Shown: piece by piece, positions 28,345-42,765 of the stretch
Position numbering within the stretch: position 1 is the stretch's first letter
Layout of the letters: each line of letters opens with the position of its first letter
Assembly (NCBI GenBank): GCA_043228905.1
Contig: JBHGNT010000020.1
Location: 13,888,001 to 13,952,000 of the forward strand
Direction of reading: 5' to 3'
Source of the DNA: Azolla caroliniana
Lineage: Eukaryota > Plantae > Polypodiophyta
DNA: 64,000 bases
Position numbers and translations under genes: made by a program
Notes under the pieces: generated by a model
What the model saw: only the letters and a program-made list of their open reading frames with translations
The model's database searches: none
What the model was told of the DNA's origin: nothing

Positions 28345-30911
28345 TTAGAAAAGACCATAGATGTCCCCAGTCAGAGCAATAATACTTGCACCAGCAGCTA
28401 GTAGCACCATGAACCATGCAGTCACCTTTTCTCGCATCGATGCCATGTTATGGACATCCCTGGTATATGACATCATAAGCGACAAGTTCAGATACATATA
28501 AAGTGACAAAGATGCCCCATGCAAAAAACTAGATCATCAACCAAGTGTAAGGGTCAGGAATAAGCACATGGTATATGAGAAGATAATAACATTGAAAGAG
28601 GAAAATTTGATCCTTGGGATATATGACAGGTCTTCTAAAAAAGTGAACAAGAAGCACGAAGAAGGTATATATAAATTACCTTAGAACAAGTGCACCCGGG
28701 AAGACAAAACCGATGCACACTGCCGAAGTTGATCCCGTGAGTTGAAAGGCATCATAGATATCTGGGATAAAAGATGCACCAACAAATGTTGCTAGAATGA
28801 TGCTAGTGGTAAGTATGACAAAGCGGCGTGTATCCACAGATATAGGCACTGCCCTTGGGAAGATAAGGCCATCCACATTTAGTCGAAGTGAGAAATTTAG
28901 TAAAGGGTACACTAACATTAAATGAGCAGCATATCCAACTCGGACTATATCTGACAAAATGGCTGAATGTGGCACCCCAAGATCGACATCAAAGTTGGAT
29001 AGGACATCACTTAGAGTGTCCTCTCCAAAAAGCAAAAAACAAAACACGCTCATTGCTACATAAATCGATGTGCATAATCCAAGCGAGACTCGGACCACCT
29101 TCTTTGAATCCGATGCTCTCTCTAGCTCATTCAGAATTGGGTGCACTATTAATAAACCGAAAAAATATATAGCATCAGAGCAGCAAGACAAAAGCAAAAG
29201 TTTTCACATTTGAACTTAGGAGTGCTTACCGCTATGATGACAGATATATGCTGTCACTAAGATTGGTACTGCTGAAAAATAAGATAGGACTGTGGATGCA
29301 TCACTGCTAAATTCTGGAAATAACTTTGGCATACTAATAGTCCCAGCAATAAGCTTGTAAACTACTATCGCAGCTGTCACCACCACAAATAAGACAGCCA
29401 GAAAGACCGATAATGCCGAGGAAAACTCCAATGAATCTGAAGAAAAACCAAAAATTAATAAAACATTGCTGTAATGTGATAGCTTTCATGATTGATTAGT
29501 AACAGAAGGCCAATAAGAACATCCATTCTAATGAATGAAACATGGTCAAATCATGGATGCTGTGTGTAAGCTCTGAGATGGTGAAGAGAAATTTGTCTGT
29601 TCTTTAAAACAATTACCAATATGCCGAAAAGATGCCAAAGGAGCCAAAATGAATATTGTTGTAGTTAGCATCACAAATAGCCTTGAATTCCACCAAGTTT
29701 GTCCTCCTGCCCACTCCTCCAAAACTCCAGAATGATGAGCAGATGAAGATGTAGAACCAGACAGTACATCAGCTACAAATGGCAAATATAATTTGTGAGC
29801 TTGAACGTTTCTTGAAACAATGCATAAAAATCTTCAAAACAATGAACAACCTATGCTCGTATGGGGCATCACAGTCACAATGTCAACCTTAGATATATGC
29901 TAACAAACAACCTCTGACCCTCAGAATATTTATTTTCTCATATTTTCTCTTGACATGAATGTTTGTTTTACAAGCAATGCCTCTCTGTCTAGATGATAGT
30001 GATCTAGAAGCATATTTCCCATACTTCGAACAAAGAGACTGTGCGTCCCAATGGTAATCAATTATAAAACAACGAGCCCAAAGTTTTGTACAATGATACA
30101 CATATATTAACCTTTGAGATTTCTACTACAGACATATGTTAAGCTTAAAAAGAAAAATAAATGATAGTTACCCATGAGGATAAGATAAACAACAAGATGC
30201 CTAAAGATGATGATGCAAATTTAATGCTTAGAATTTGTAATGAAGGCATATATTAAGCTAAAAAATAAACAGCCTGCTTATCTATGGATAACAGCCATCC
30301 CAAATTGGATGGTGATACAAATGTTATGTTTAAAATTTGTAATGACGGCATATATTAAGCTAAAGAAGAAACAAAACGTGCCTATCAATTGATGGTTACA
30401 AATTTTACCTCTGAAAATTTGTAATAACGCCATTTGTTGTGCTAATAATAAAAAAACAAAGAAAGCAAATTTGTATGAAAACAAAGAAAACAGACATACC
30501 TATGATGATGAGATAGACCACAAGGAGCCCAAAGTTATTGACAATGATACAAATCTGGAGGAGCATACGACCGAATCGGCCAAAAGAATCAGCCATGACT
30601 CCACCATATGATACAGCTTTGCTTTCAGATGAATATCTGAGCAAGAAATCAATGGATGTATTTGTGAAAAAACCTAGGAGCACAATCAAAATACATCCAG
30701 GTATCAAACCAACTATCGTCATTGTGGATGGAAGACCCATTATCCCTGCTCCAACTATAGTGGTAGAAAGACTAAAAATTGCACTATAAATAGATGCTCC
30801 ACTATAACCATCGTATTCTTGATCGTCCTCTTTCTTGGTCGGAAGCAATGGGTCCTTCTCAGAAGCTCTCATGTATGTCTTTTTGCCGCTTTTGATTGCG
30901 TCTTGTGACAT
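28345..30911 (-). CDS. Amino acid transporter, AVT6/SLC38-like (Aa_trans family), 5 coding exons
   Basis: SAIFSLSTTIVGAGIMGLP, DVLSGSTSSSAHHSGVLEEW, PILVTAYICH, VHPILNEL, DVLSNFDVDLG and TGSTSAVCIGFVFPG motifs. Last exon DVHNMASMREKVTAWFMV...GLF* ends at 28345. Confidence 0.9.
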
Positions 30912-31510
30912 TTTTTGCAGTTCTCTTCACCTTTTAACGAAGGAACTAGTTAATTTGAAGGATTGTCACTGCATAGAAGGAAAAGAATTTAATTTGAAGC
31001 ATATCATCTGACGAAACAGATTAAGAAAATAAGCGGAGTCGATTACGAAAAAAATTTGAAAATAAAATATTGAGATTGTTCACAGTGGAATTAGATAGAT
31101 ACCGATAGAGAGTCTGCGGGAGGGAGAAGAGGAAACAGAGAGGGTTGTATGTTCTTTCTACTAATATGGCTATGGAGCTTTAGAACAAGGAGAAGGAACA
31201 GAGAGAGGAAGGAATCGAATCGAGAGAGACAAAGAAAAAGCGAGTCTTTTTTAATCTGTTAGCGTTGTTTTCGCTTTAATTTCCATGGATTTCGAAGATG
31301 TTCCTTCTGCGTGTCTGCGGTAGAGACGTAATCGGAGGCATGGGATGGCATCATCGCTGAAAAGGCCTCCAATTACGTGACGAAATTTCAAAGAAGGTGA
31401 AGAAAAGAGCAGAACAGAACAGAACAGAACAGAGGTACAGATTTTTGCTTTTACAGAATGTGCTTTTCGTTAACACGTCAAAATGCCTTTCTTGCTTGCT
31501 TTCATCTCTG

Positions 31511-31800
31511 CATACACATATACATGACATGCATGTATGCCTACATGCATACACATACATATGTACTGCTTATGCATACACATACACACATGGATGATAT
31601 GCTTATGCATACACATATGTATATACATGGATTATATGGTTATGCATACACATACACACATGGATGATATGGTTATCCATACACATACATGGATGATATG
31701 CTTATGGATACACATACACACATGGATTGTATGGTTATGCATACACATACACATACATGGATGATATGCATACACATACATGGATGATATGCATACACAT
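31511..31800. repeat. Minisatellite, ~25-35 bp unit CATACACATACACACATGGATGATATGCTTATG
   Basis: About 8 imperfect units upstream of the AVT6 gene. Confidence 0.85.
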
Positions 31801-33762
31801 TCATCCTCTATCGCCTCGCCTCGAACACACTTATCATAACAAAGTCTTGTCTACTTCCTTGCTCCTCTCGTATACATGTATATGTATGCGCCGGTACTAC
31901 TTCCTCCTCGCCCCGTCCTTCTCGAACTACTTGCAACAAGTCCTCGAGTCTCGCGTGTAATGCACTCTAGCATGTACTTACATTACCCCTCTTGTTAGTG
32001 TTGCCATGTATATGCAATCTAGCATGTGTATCTGACCTCGAATATGTACCTCGTGTGTGTTTTAATGTTGTCTTCTCACCACCATCATTGTCCCCTAGCC
32101 ATGCACATGATTGTTACTCTGCTTATTCTAGGGAAGAATAGAATTTGAATGCTTTGTGTGTTTGGATCGTGCCTTCATTACTTTTACCTCCTTGATATGA
32201 AATCTTCGATAATATTTTCCCAATGTGTGACATTGTTTTTGTTAGAACCCAATATATATCAATCACTCTTCATATGCAACCTTCTCTTTGTGTGTGTGTG
32301 TGTGTTCGTAGTCCAAGTGGAGACATTACTCATTTACGACCAACAAAGTTTTCAACTACTAAATCCATTAGCACTAGAACAAACATATTTTTGATTTATC
32401 GTTTTTCATTTACGACCAATAGAATTTTGAGAACCTAAACTCATTAGCACGAGAACTCGTGCTAAGATTGTTCTGTTACACTCTTGCGTCCTTAGATTGT
32501 AATGTTTGACATTTCTACATTTTTAATCTCATTACGATATGTAATGGAATAGTCACATTGATCACATCACTCGTGATGTGAGAAGTAAGCAATTATATGT
32601 ATTGACACATTTTTTTTCATCCACAACCAAATCCAATAGCTCATGCAAAATTCATAAACTAGTGTGTTCACATGAGATAGAATTTTTGATTCCATAACTT
32701 CTGTTGACTCTACTTTTTCCAACAACTTTTGGTCATCTAGATAGACTTCACATAACGATACGCCACATAAATCCAACATATGGACTTCATTCAAAGGTTC
32801 TATAAAGGATTGCCTCATATGCAAGTTCGAGCTAATATATTAGTGTTTTAATCGTTTTTCATAGACAAGCTATAATATTGTAATATAAATGGTCAACATA
32901 ACTTTTCCCACTTGTTTTACATGCATATTGACGTGTGTAATGTATCATGATAATTGGATATGTGTTAAAACTCAGTCCCTCGTCACTTATTCAAGTAGTA
33001 TTCATAAAATCAAATAGGTTCATATAAAATATTGTTTAGCTATGGAACATGCATTTAGGGAAGTCTGATCTAAAGGTCACGATGCTATGGATAATATTAT
33101 GGTTTTTTGTCCCAATAATGGCTTAAAAATTATTTCATCAATCTTCATAAATCCATTTATTTTATCCTAACATGTTCATATCAATCTCTTCATAATTTTG
33201 CTAACCTACATTCTATTTCATTAGCATGTTGATGGATGTCCAATTATGTTATCCAATAGGGTAAGATAAATGTTTATGTTTTGTTAAAAATGCCTTCAAA
33301 TTCGTCTAATTAGTTAGGAGTGGCATGATGGCAAATACGTTTATGTTAATGTGCGTTGAAATCTAATACAACCACCAATTGGGGCATGGCCAATATGTTA
33401 ATTCAAACAAAGGCTTTCCAACAATAATCTAGGCAATGCATGATGAAATTCTTGCATAACTTACAATATCAAGGACATCTTTGAAGTTATGGACATTCAT
33501 GGTCAATATGATTTGAGGGTTCCATTTGGTTTCCCATCGAGCAAAGTTCTTGGGGAAATCTTCCTTTACGAAAGTAAATTTGTTCAAGACGAATTGAGAA
33601 AGGTATATACCAACTTCTTACTTTGTTCATCAAGGGTCAATCCTATTGTTTTCAGTTGGATCCCACTAGAAATGGGTTTTTAGGCCCAAAAGGAATTGTG
33701 TAAAATGTTTGATGTGTTTGTGTACATCCTCTTAGGAAAGATACTTGGGCATCATCTTGCTA

Positions 33763-34527
33763 TGTCAGTGGACCCACCTTGGTAGCTAGGGAGTTTTTGT
33801 TGTTTACTTCATATCAGCATTACTAATGAATGGATAACTTTGCACATTGTAGCTAAAGTTCACTATTATTCTACTCCTTGAGTGTGTTATGCCCCAAATG
33901 AGCCAACACAATGCATATCTTGGAGTGTTGCACTTCCAAGGGTCACTATCAAATCCCAAGGGGGTCACCTTCCTCGTGGTGGGTTGGTCGAGAAACTGGA
34001 AGACATCACTCCCCAATGGCAAAGATCACGTCATACAACAACGCATAAAAGCACTTACCTCTCGACTCCATGCGTTACGGGCATGACCATATAATATCCT
34101 GTGGTGAGAATTTACCGTAGTATTCTATACGCATGGATAAGTGCGAGGGTTAAACGAGAGTGTAAAGAAGGGGAGGATTACTTTTAATCCTCGGGATTGA
34201 GACAACCCATTAGGTCAAGTGTGAACTTGCTTGGGGGCCTTGGGTATTGCTATAAATATGAGGCCTAGCTACCCTCATTTCATCATCTTTTGACTACGTA
34301 GAGACTCTGACGTTGTGGTGGGCCAACTCTTGTAGCGAGCGCGCCAACACCAAGTATGACTTGATGCCACAACGGTAGTATGGGACGCTGATCAGGCTTG
34401 AGTCCGTCTCGATCCCTTCACTCGGGGGTGGTCGGGTGGATCGGCACCCTTCTTTCTCTCTCTCCTTTCTTATTTCATATATCTTTTATCCTTATCATAT
34501 GCTTACGTTAGATCATAACTCTAACAC
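33763..34527 (+). mobile_element. Possible solo LTR / LTR remnant
   Basis: TGTCAG...CTAACA termini and an internal TATAAATATGAGGCCTAG (34251-34268) shared with the repeat at 54151. No target-site duplication found, so boundaries are uncertain. Confidence 0.3.
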
Positions 34528-35715
34528 CATGCAATTGTGGAAGCCTCAAAAGTTAACAAACACCTAATCACTACCTAGTTAAGAAATATTTTAGTCTTAC
34601 CAAAATAGACAATTACTAGGAAAGTGACTCGCATTTGAGATTTTTGCATTTGAAAACTACTAGAATCTTGCGTTGTATTAAGTTCAAAGGTTTATTTAGA
34701 TAATATTGTAATTGATTTTGAGATAAATTGATAGGAATAAAGACATTGAATGTTTCATGGCAATATGAACAAACTCACATTTATTATGAAAAATGCAATT
34801 ATATCACCTCACTTTAGTTATTATTAACCATGATAATATAGGTAAAATTAATTTATATCAATTATCACATGGATTAATTTGGATTGTTAGGTTAGTTACA
34901 GTCTCATTTGGTATTTGTCTTTTTACCACTCCCAAGTGATCAAGACATCCTTGATCATTTTCCAGGTGAAAAATCATTTAGACTGATCATACATCCTAGA
35001 CTAACTTCAAGACTTTGAACATTTGCTCATCCTTAAGTCTCCGACTCATATATTCTACTGTTGCCTCCACTTAAACATTTCAAGTGCTTCACTTTGACAA
35101 GGGCTCTCATCTAACACATACATTTCACATATTAAAAAAATTTCGTAACATAAGACGAGTTCAATGGAATACAACGGAGTCCTCTAAGATAAGGTGGTTG
35201 AAACTGTCCATTGAATTGATTCCATCTATAGTTAGAAAATTAACATAATGGTAATATGGTGTCCTAAGAGTTTATAATACAAAGAAGGCTACATATGAGC
35301 TTAGAAGAGAGTTAATATTAAAAGAGCTTGAATGTGGCAAATAATGCGTCCACAAATCCTTGCTATTCTTGTGAACAAATGGAGAAATAACCACACATAC
35401 ATACACAAGCACAAATAAAGCTTTGTTACATTGCGTCTTTAGGTTGTCCTGGTGATTATATAACTGTTTACATGCAATTTATGCAATACACATCTCTTCA
35501 GATTTGTATCAATGGTACAAACTAATCCCAATTAAGTTTGGTTCAGTTTCACAAAGATAATGATCTGTTCAATTCCACATACATACATGTCAACACAAAA
35601 ACAGCCCTTGATATATCATTTGGATTCTGCTGCAACAATATGCTCTGCTTGCAAGATAGCATGAAAGTCTACCTATATCAGTGAAGCCTATAATCTTCTC
35701 GACTCTGGAGAATGT

Positions 35716-36176
35716 CTATCCTCCGCGTGCTTCTCGACGTGTTGCATCATGTAAAATTTCTACATCCACACCATCTGGTGGAAGTTGAACGTATCTCACA
35801 ACAGAACCCCTGATAAAGCAGTTCTTTATTGAAAGCTGAAATATACAATGTGCATATTTAAGAAGAAGTATCAAGAAACCAGTCATGATTAAGGTCACAT
35901 GTATATGAATAAAGGATGAATTTTCAATTACCATATGGGGATACATGGCTTCATCGACTACTCTCGTGTTCTCAAGCTTTATATTTAGGTACTGATCAAC
36001 GGAATGCAGAGTGCCCCTTATAGCCAGATCATTCTTCAATTCTACTGTGACCTCTTTTCCTACCAATTCTTTGAAGTAGGAAAAAAATAACTGTAAAAAA
36101 CAAAGAGCAATATTCAAGCACTAGCATTGTTCAAGCTGCATGTGATAACTTAGACTAACCAGTTTATCCTTACCAT
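35716..36176 (-). CDS. LSM2: Sm-like protein LSm2, 93 aa; coding exons 36176-36174 (ATG only), 36090-35932, 35835-35716
   Basis: M|LFFSYFKELVGKEVTVELKNDLAIRGTLHSVDQYLNIKLEN...YPHM|LSIKNCFIRGSVVRYVQLP...DATRREARGG. ATG|GTAAG donor at 36173. A likely 5' UTR exon donor (CAG|GTAAT) lies near 38992. Confidence 0.95.
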
Positions 36177-39100
36177 CTTCAATAAACACAAGAAAAAGAT
36201 GAATGGCCCCAATATCCTGAAATGTGTTTGCCAAAATCCCACTTGACACCTGAATCAGGTACCACAGTACACTATCAAATAAGAATACAAATTGTGATAT
36301 TATATTCAATAACAAGGAAATAGAAATAGACTGTAAAGAGTTGAAAATGGACAACACCACAAACAAGGTTGCAAATTTCCCTGGGTTTTCATATCCCTTC
36401 AGTGGAATTGGAAATTTCTGGTAAATTTTAAATGATGAACATGTCCCCGATTTTGACAACACTGTAGCAGAACCATAATTATGAGCCAACCTCAGTATTA
36501 ACTTTTGAGAAGTATCGTTACTGCTTGCAAAGAGCTGAAGCAACTTCATAACCAACCACTGACTAACATAAGAGAGTAAAATGTTTTCTGATACTAGTGG
36601 TGACGATGACCCACATGTAGCTATAGATTATGACACATAAAGATAGTCTCCTAAATTACTATATGCGTTACTAATTTACCTCACTGAATGCACAACAAGA
36701 TTCAATGTTGATGAACTCTCAAGATTGAAGGATCATCTCAAGCCTCCATGTGAGGTTCACAAGACTTTGAGATTCAAGTCCAGTTTCACCAAAATGGATT
36801 GATTCGATAAGGATCTATGACGACAAATATTCGAGTAGCACCTTGCCACCTACACTAGTTTACCTTCATGGGAGAGATGTGGCAGATGTATAGACACTTT
36901 CAAGTGCCCCTGAATGAAAAGTAAGATTGCTAAATATGTTTCAAACATACCTAGGTCAAAGAACCTGGATAAAGACGGAATGTGAAAAAGAAAGAACAAC
37001 TTTTTAGTGTCTATTAGGATAACAGCCAAATTCCATCTACAAGATAAATCAGATGCCAAAAGATGTAATATCCATCTGCTGTGAGAAACTTATGAAAACA
37101 GTACAAGAATGATAATGATGGAATGTGAGATGCTTATGTGATATAATAATACAAGGATTATGTTTTGCAGATTCCAAATCTAGCTAATGTTTACATGCCC
37201 AGGGTAGTACGATGATGAAGTGCTCCGGAAGTTCCTACTTACATCATTAATGCCCAAGAGTAGCTGTAGTCTCATACATCAGCATTCATGTAAAGTATAC
37301 TAAGTGCATGAAACATTATACCTAGTTTCTATGATTTCTCTTGAAAATGATAGAAAGAAGCATAGCACTCAATCAGAGAATAGTATTTTATAAACATATA
37401 CGCCAATACCCTTTATCATTACAAGGTGCTGAGCATACAGACAGATGGATGCCATTTACATACATGATTACAAGATTAGACGTAATAAGTCAAGTGTGGA
37501 GTTTACAAACAACATTCTTAACCTTGTCACCTAATTCGCACCAACATGGCTTGTATTGAACAGCGATAGGCAATCAGAGCATCTATCAGATGTGGAAAGA
37601 TGCTCAATTTGAACCTCCCTTCTGATCTACTAGGGAAGAAAACTAGAAAGCCAAAAGTTCAATCCCACTGCCTTGGAATGCTCTGGGTGGAACTAGGATA
37701 GTGCAGATGAGGACGTACTCCATCACCTTACATATTGATTGTATTCAAACGACTACTATATACTATTAAGGCATTTATCTAAGGCATTCATACTACTCCT
37801 ACGTGAAGCACTATAGATTTCATCCATTTAAGGCTTAAGAGTATCCGCTTCCTGAATTTTCGTTTGTGCACTTCCTTCTCAGCCTCGTGCAATATGCTAA
37901 AGTTACGTCTTGACATATCACAAAGATTCAAATATCCATATTAACATATCTTCAAATTTTATAGCACGTACAATCACCTTGTATGTGTGCTATTCAAATA
38001 TTTCAAATGTGTTATAGTTATGTTGAAATCCAATTCCCATGTAAACGAGATCTGGTCAATCATCAAACTTTTGTAGAGCAAGGGCCAATCAAATCCAAAC
38101 AAAGCGTACATGTCAAAGCCTCTATTCTCAATATTACCGTGCTAGAATACGAGAAAAGTTTGCATTTGTATACATGCAATGTGTTCAAGTACAAAATTCA
38201 TGGCCTAAAAGTAATATCCACACACTGATATGTATATTGGACATGATAATTTACGATAAGTATGTCAATGAGTATTTTCTCCTATGTTGAAATCTAGCAA
38301 TACAGAGTATGTTGAAACGTAAGGATCACAAAATGACGTCAAGTATACTAAGCAGTAAGAGTCATCCATGATACATATGAGCTCACACAAAATTATGGTG
38401 TAATTAATACCTATCTCAAAACCCTGGAACGGTCACTCAGCCACACAAAATTATGGTGTGATTAATACCTATTTCAAAACCCTAGAAAAGTCACTCTCAT
38501 CATATAAGATCACAATGACTAGAGTTTGAATCACAGATAGGAATCTATTATACACAAGCCATGTTAGAAAGAACAGTTTAAGCATTGCTTTGCAAGACAA
38601 ATCTAGTGGATACAAGACAATAACATTTTGTGCTTAGTTACTCCATATATGCTCTACAACGTATAGAATTTCTCAGTATTTTAGCCTGTGAGAGAAAAAA
38701 AACTTCAACGAGTTTCAACAAGATATCAGCGATTGTGCTGATATCGCATGAGTACTTGTCCCACGCTGCTATATCGGACGGTCACTACTAGATTCCTTCT
38801 TTCTTAGCAGAATATCATGCATTAATCGTTACATTGCAGAGAGGAAACCGACAAATACAGAAAATTTCCTTCCTCAAAAGTGGAGACATGCAGTGCTCTA
38901 AAGGACATGTATTTGATACACAAGAGCAAACACGGGAAACCCTAATTGAATAAGATATCCAGCTTACACGGGAAGAAAACGGAAGACATTACCTGTCTTC
39001 TCTGTTTCCTCGTCAATCGATCGCCAGGAACAAATCGATGGGTGCGTGTGTGTGTTTTTACTGAATTTTCTTCAGCAGATGTAATAAAACAGACAAAATT

Positions 39101-39405
39101 ACTAGAATAAGCTTACAACATGTTCTAGTATGTACAAATGAGGTTTTCGTTATTTTCAAATCTACCCCTTTGTCTCTCTCTCCACACACACACACACACA
39201 CAACCCTAATTGAAAAATATAGAAGCCATTCTCCTCCGTTTACTGGTCGGCCCACCGATCGATTGACAAGAGTGAACTGCTTTGCGTTTTCTCTTAATTT
39301 CTTCATGCTCAAACGGATTAACTTTGGAACATTGCTATAATAGGCTTGTATGTATTATTAATATTTTTCAATATGAAGTTTAGGTTATTTTCAAAATTCC
39401 CTTAC

Positions 39406-39715
39406 TTTGTTAGGATATGCGATGAAACTTAGCATTAAGTGCATATTGTGATCTTGTATGTATTACTAGTATTTTTTAAGAGTATTGTTAGCATTATGTA
39501 CATCTTTCAATCTTGTATGTGATGGAACTTAGAATAGGTTGACACCTTGGATTTTTTAGAAGACTAATTGTTATATTTAGACATATATGTGGGTTGTATT
39601 CAACCCTAAACCCTTTCCCAATCACGGTAACCTAGATTTGATGACCCCACGTTTATATTTTCTTTAGATTGAAAACTTTTGTTCAATGCTAAGTTTCATT
39701 GCATATTCTCACAAA
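39406..39715. repeat. ~310 bp segment bounded by ~34 bp imperfect inverted repeats (old MITE-like)
   Basis: TTTGTTAGGATATGCGATGAAACTTAGCATTAAG versus the reverse complement of TTCAATGCTAAGTTTCATTGCATATTCTCACAAA. No TSD seen. Confidence 0.5.
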
Positions 39716-41971
39716 CCATATGGAAAGGAAAATATATATTCCATAGCAAACATATCATTTCAACACTTAAATATCATATTTAACTAACTAATTAAGATGT
39801 ATAAGCATGAATACTCTCTCTAACGTACAAATACAATATTAATTGCATCGGGGAAATAATACAACTATGGGATGTGGTTGTAGATAATCAATCTTAGTCC
39901 CATTTGTTTTACGTTCGTGACATTCCTCTTATGTTTTGTTTAATATAGCATGACTGAACCAAAGAGATGAGTTTATTGTGATCTAAGAACGATCATTTTA
40001 ATTACTTTGAGGGTCTCATTGGGGCTTTTTTTGTTTTCAGTGATGAGATGTGATTTCAATGTAAGGCGATGGGTTTTTTTGTAAGGGGAATGTAGGTGAC
40101 AAAAGCCAAGAAAATGAGTTTCATTTAGCACTCCTTTTACTTTATAACCCGTAGTTTAGGGTTTTTTTGTGTGATTGTTGCTTTAATTGTTAAGTTAGAG
40201 GCAACCCCAAGCATTAAGTAACGAGATCCAATCTACACTTCAACCAAAATGATGATTTTAGTGTCACACTAAAGAGCATACATAGAAGGTTGAGTTTATG
40301 TATAAGTCGTATTAACATATCAAGCTCTGTGCTTTGAAGTATGAACATCACTTCTTAGGAAAGAGACAAGCATCAAGAAAATTCGCGCACTTAGATCCCG
40401 TGGGCCAATATTGATGCTATAAAATATCTAATCTAATTTAATTATATGTTGGTTACAAATTGTAGCGCACGAATGTCTTTGGGTGTTTAGTAGTGTAAGT
40501 GTTTTGAGGATTTGGTTCTTCCCATTGTTACATGACCAATAATGTAGCCATGACCTTGAAGGACCCCGTTGCAACACACCCAATTCAACAACAATGGTTG
40601 CCTATTTCTTTGATGGAAGAATTGTGCAAGGCATGCATGAATGTAACAACAAATTAACTAAATAAATATATACCTCGAGTAACATACCCATCTCCCAATG
40701 GTTTCATTGTGAATAGTAAGATATTACACAATTGCACTTAATGCTTTAAATGCTATTGCATCACGATGCCGTGTGAATGCATGTCCAATCAAGCATGGGT
40801 TGACCCACAGGGTTATGGAACATAATATGAATGAGATGAACAAAATTTAAGAAATTGGCTAAGAAAAAGAGATATAACTTATTATAATAAAGAATGTAGC
40901 ATAAGCTACGTGGAGATTTGAAATTGAAACCTTTTATGGTGAAAAAAAGATAAGCTAACCAATAAGGTAAGGATATCAAAATAGGATATTTTACGATTCA
41001 TATTTAGGATTAGATTTCCACGCTAGATACATTAGATTACATATGTTTCACCAAACTACAAATCCATATTCTTCATAGAAGGAGTTGTTCGCATACCCAT
41101 CCATGCATGTTGGACCTCCCCCTTAGTCCACCATACAAAGCAAAAGTTTTAAAGACACGCTACAATGGTTTCTAAGTTTGCAAAAGGTTAGCATTGGGAA
41201 TGCAATTATCATGGTCTTGTAATATGTAAGCAATGTCGTGGTTTTCGCATATGCACAAAAGTTTGAGAGTGTCTCTAAGAACTATTGCAAACATAATCTA
41301 CGTACCTCTAAACAAGGAAGACCCAATGACGACAAATCCATATGTTTGATACGATCTCAAATTACCAGAAACAATAGAAATCTTCAAATACATTGGGCTC
41401 TAGATCTCATGTTGGGCGTAGAGTAAAAACGTAGCAATAAAAGTAAGCCTCCAGGGGCAAAGAAGGCTTCAATACCTTGGGCTCAAGTTGCTTGTTATGC
41501 TCATGATACTAGAGGTAGTCTACTGTTTAAGAATAAACCTTGAGCGTAAAAGAAGGCACAAGAAAAGTGCAACAAGGTGTGTGATACACTGATATGCATG
41601 ACATAAATGTACGAATCAACTAGGAAAAGGGTGATGGAAGTGAGCCGAGGACTACCCAAGGGTCATGGCCTTTCAACACAAGGCACACACAAGATGACCA
41701 ATACATGTAGCAGCAAGGGTCAACGCACTATGATATTGGACGTGCATGCAAGTTTCAAGAGGTAGCCCACCGATATATTCCTCACATAAGTCTACAAATG
41801 TGATTGTGACACATATCGGCAAGGAGAAAATGCGGAGGAGGTGGACATAGGTCGTAAGAAGGCGTCTCTCGAGAAGTATCTAACCAGCCCATTCGAATAA
41901 GAAAATTGCACAAAAAGAAGGAATAGAGGAGCTTAGGTTTGTGAGAGGGAGCCTGTGTGATTTAAAAGCAG

Positions 41972-42140
41972 CCAATGGGATACAAGCAAGCGGATGGAGG
42001 GAGATGAGATGGACCGTCGGATGAAAGGAGACGGGTTTGCTTGAGCACCGTTAGATGAGGAGGAGGATACTCAGAGACGAAGAGGCGGGAAAAAAATTTT
42101 AAAATCACTTTCAAAAATTTAAAACTGCGAGTCATATAAA
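41972..42140 (+). promoter_or_regulatory. H3 copy 2 promoter: CCAAT-N9-GCAAGCGGAT, CCGTCGGAT, CCGTTAGAT, GGCGGGAAA (E2F), TATAAA
   Basis: CCAAT 41972, GCAAGCGGAT 41986, E2F 42084-42092, TATAAA 42135-42140. Confidence 0.75.
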
Positions 42141-42269
42141 GGAGCTCTGCACTGCTTCAGAACGCCATATCCATCTCAGCTGTACCTTCTTCTCTCACAG
42201 AGCCCGTGTCTTCGTCTGTGCCGTCTCTTTCCTGCAGATCCTTTGCATTCATCTGCACAGAAGCCTTAG

Positions 42270-42710
<441 letters not shown>

Positions 42711-42749
42711 AGAATTTCCATCCTCATATAATATACATTTGTTTGAATT

Positions 42750-42765
42750 GGTGTATCTATACACC
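42750..42765 (+). promoter_or_regulatory. Histone 3' stem-loop of H3 copy 2: GGTGTA-TCTA-TACACC followed by ACCTA
   Basis: 6 bp stem, loop U-C-U-A (U at positions 1 and 3), 39 nt after the stop codon. Confidence 0.88.
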
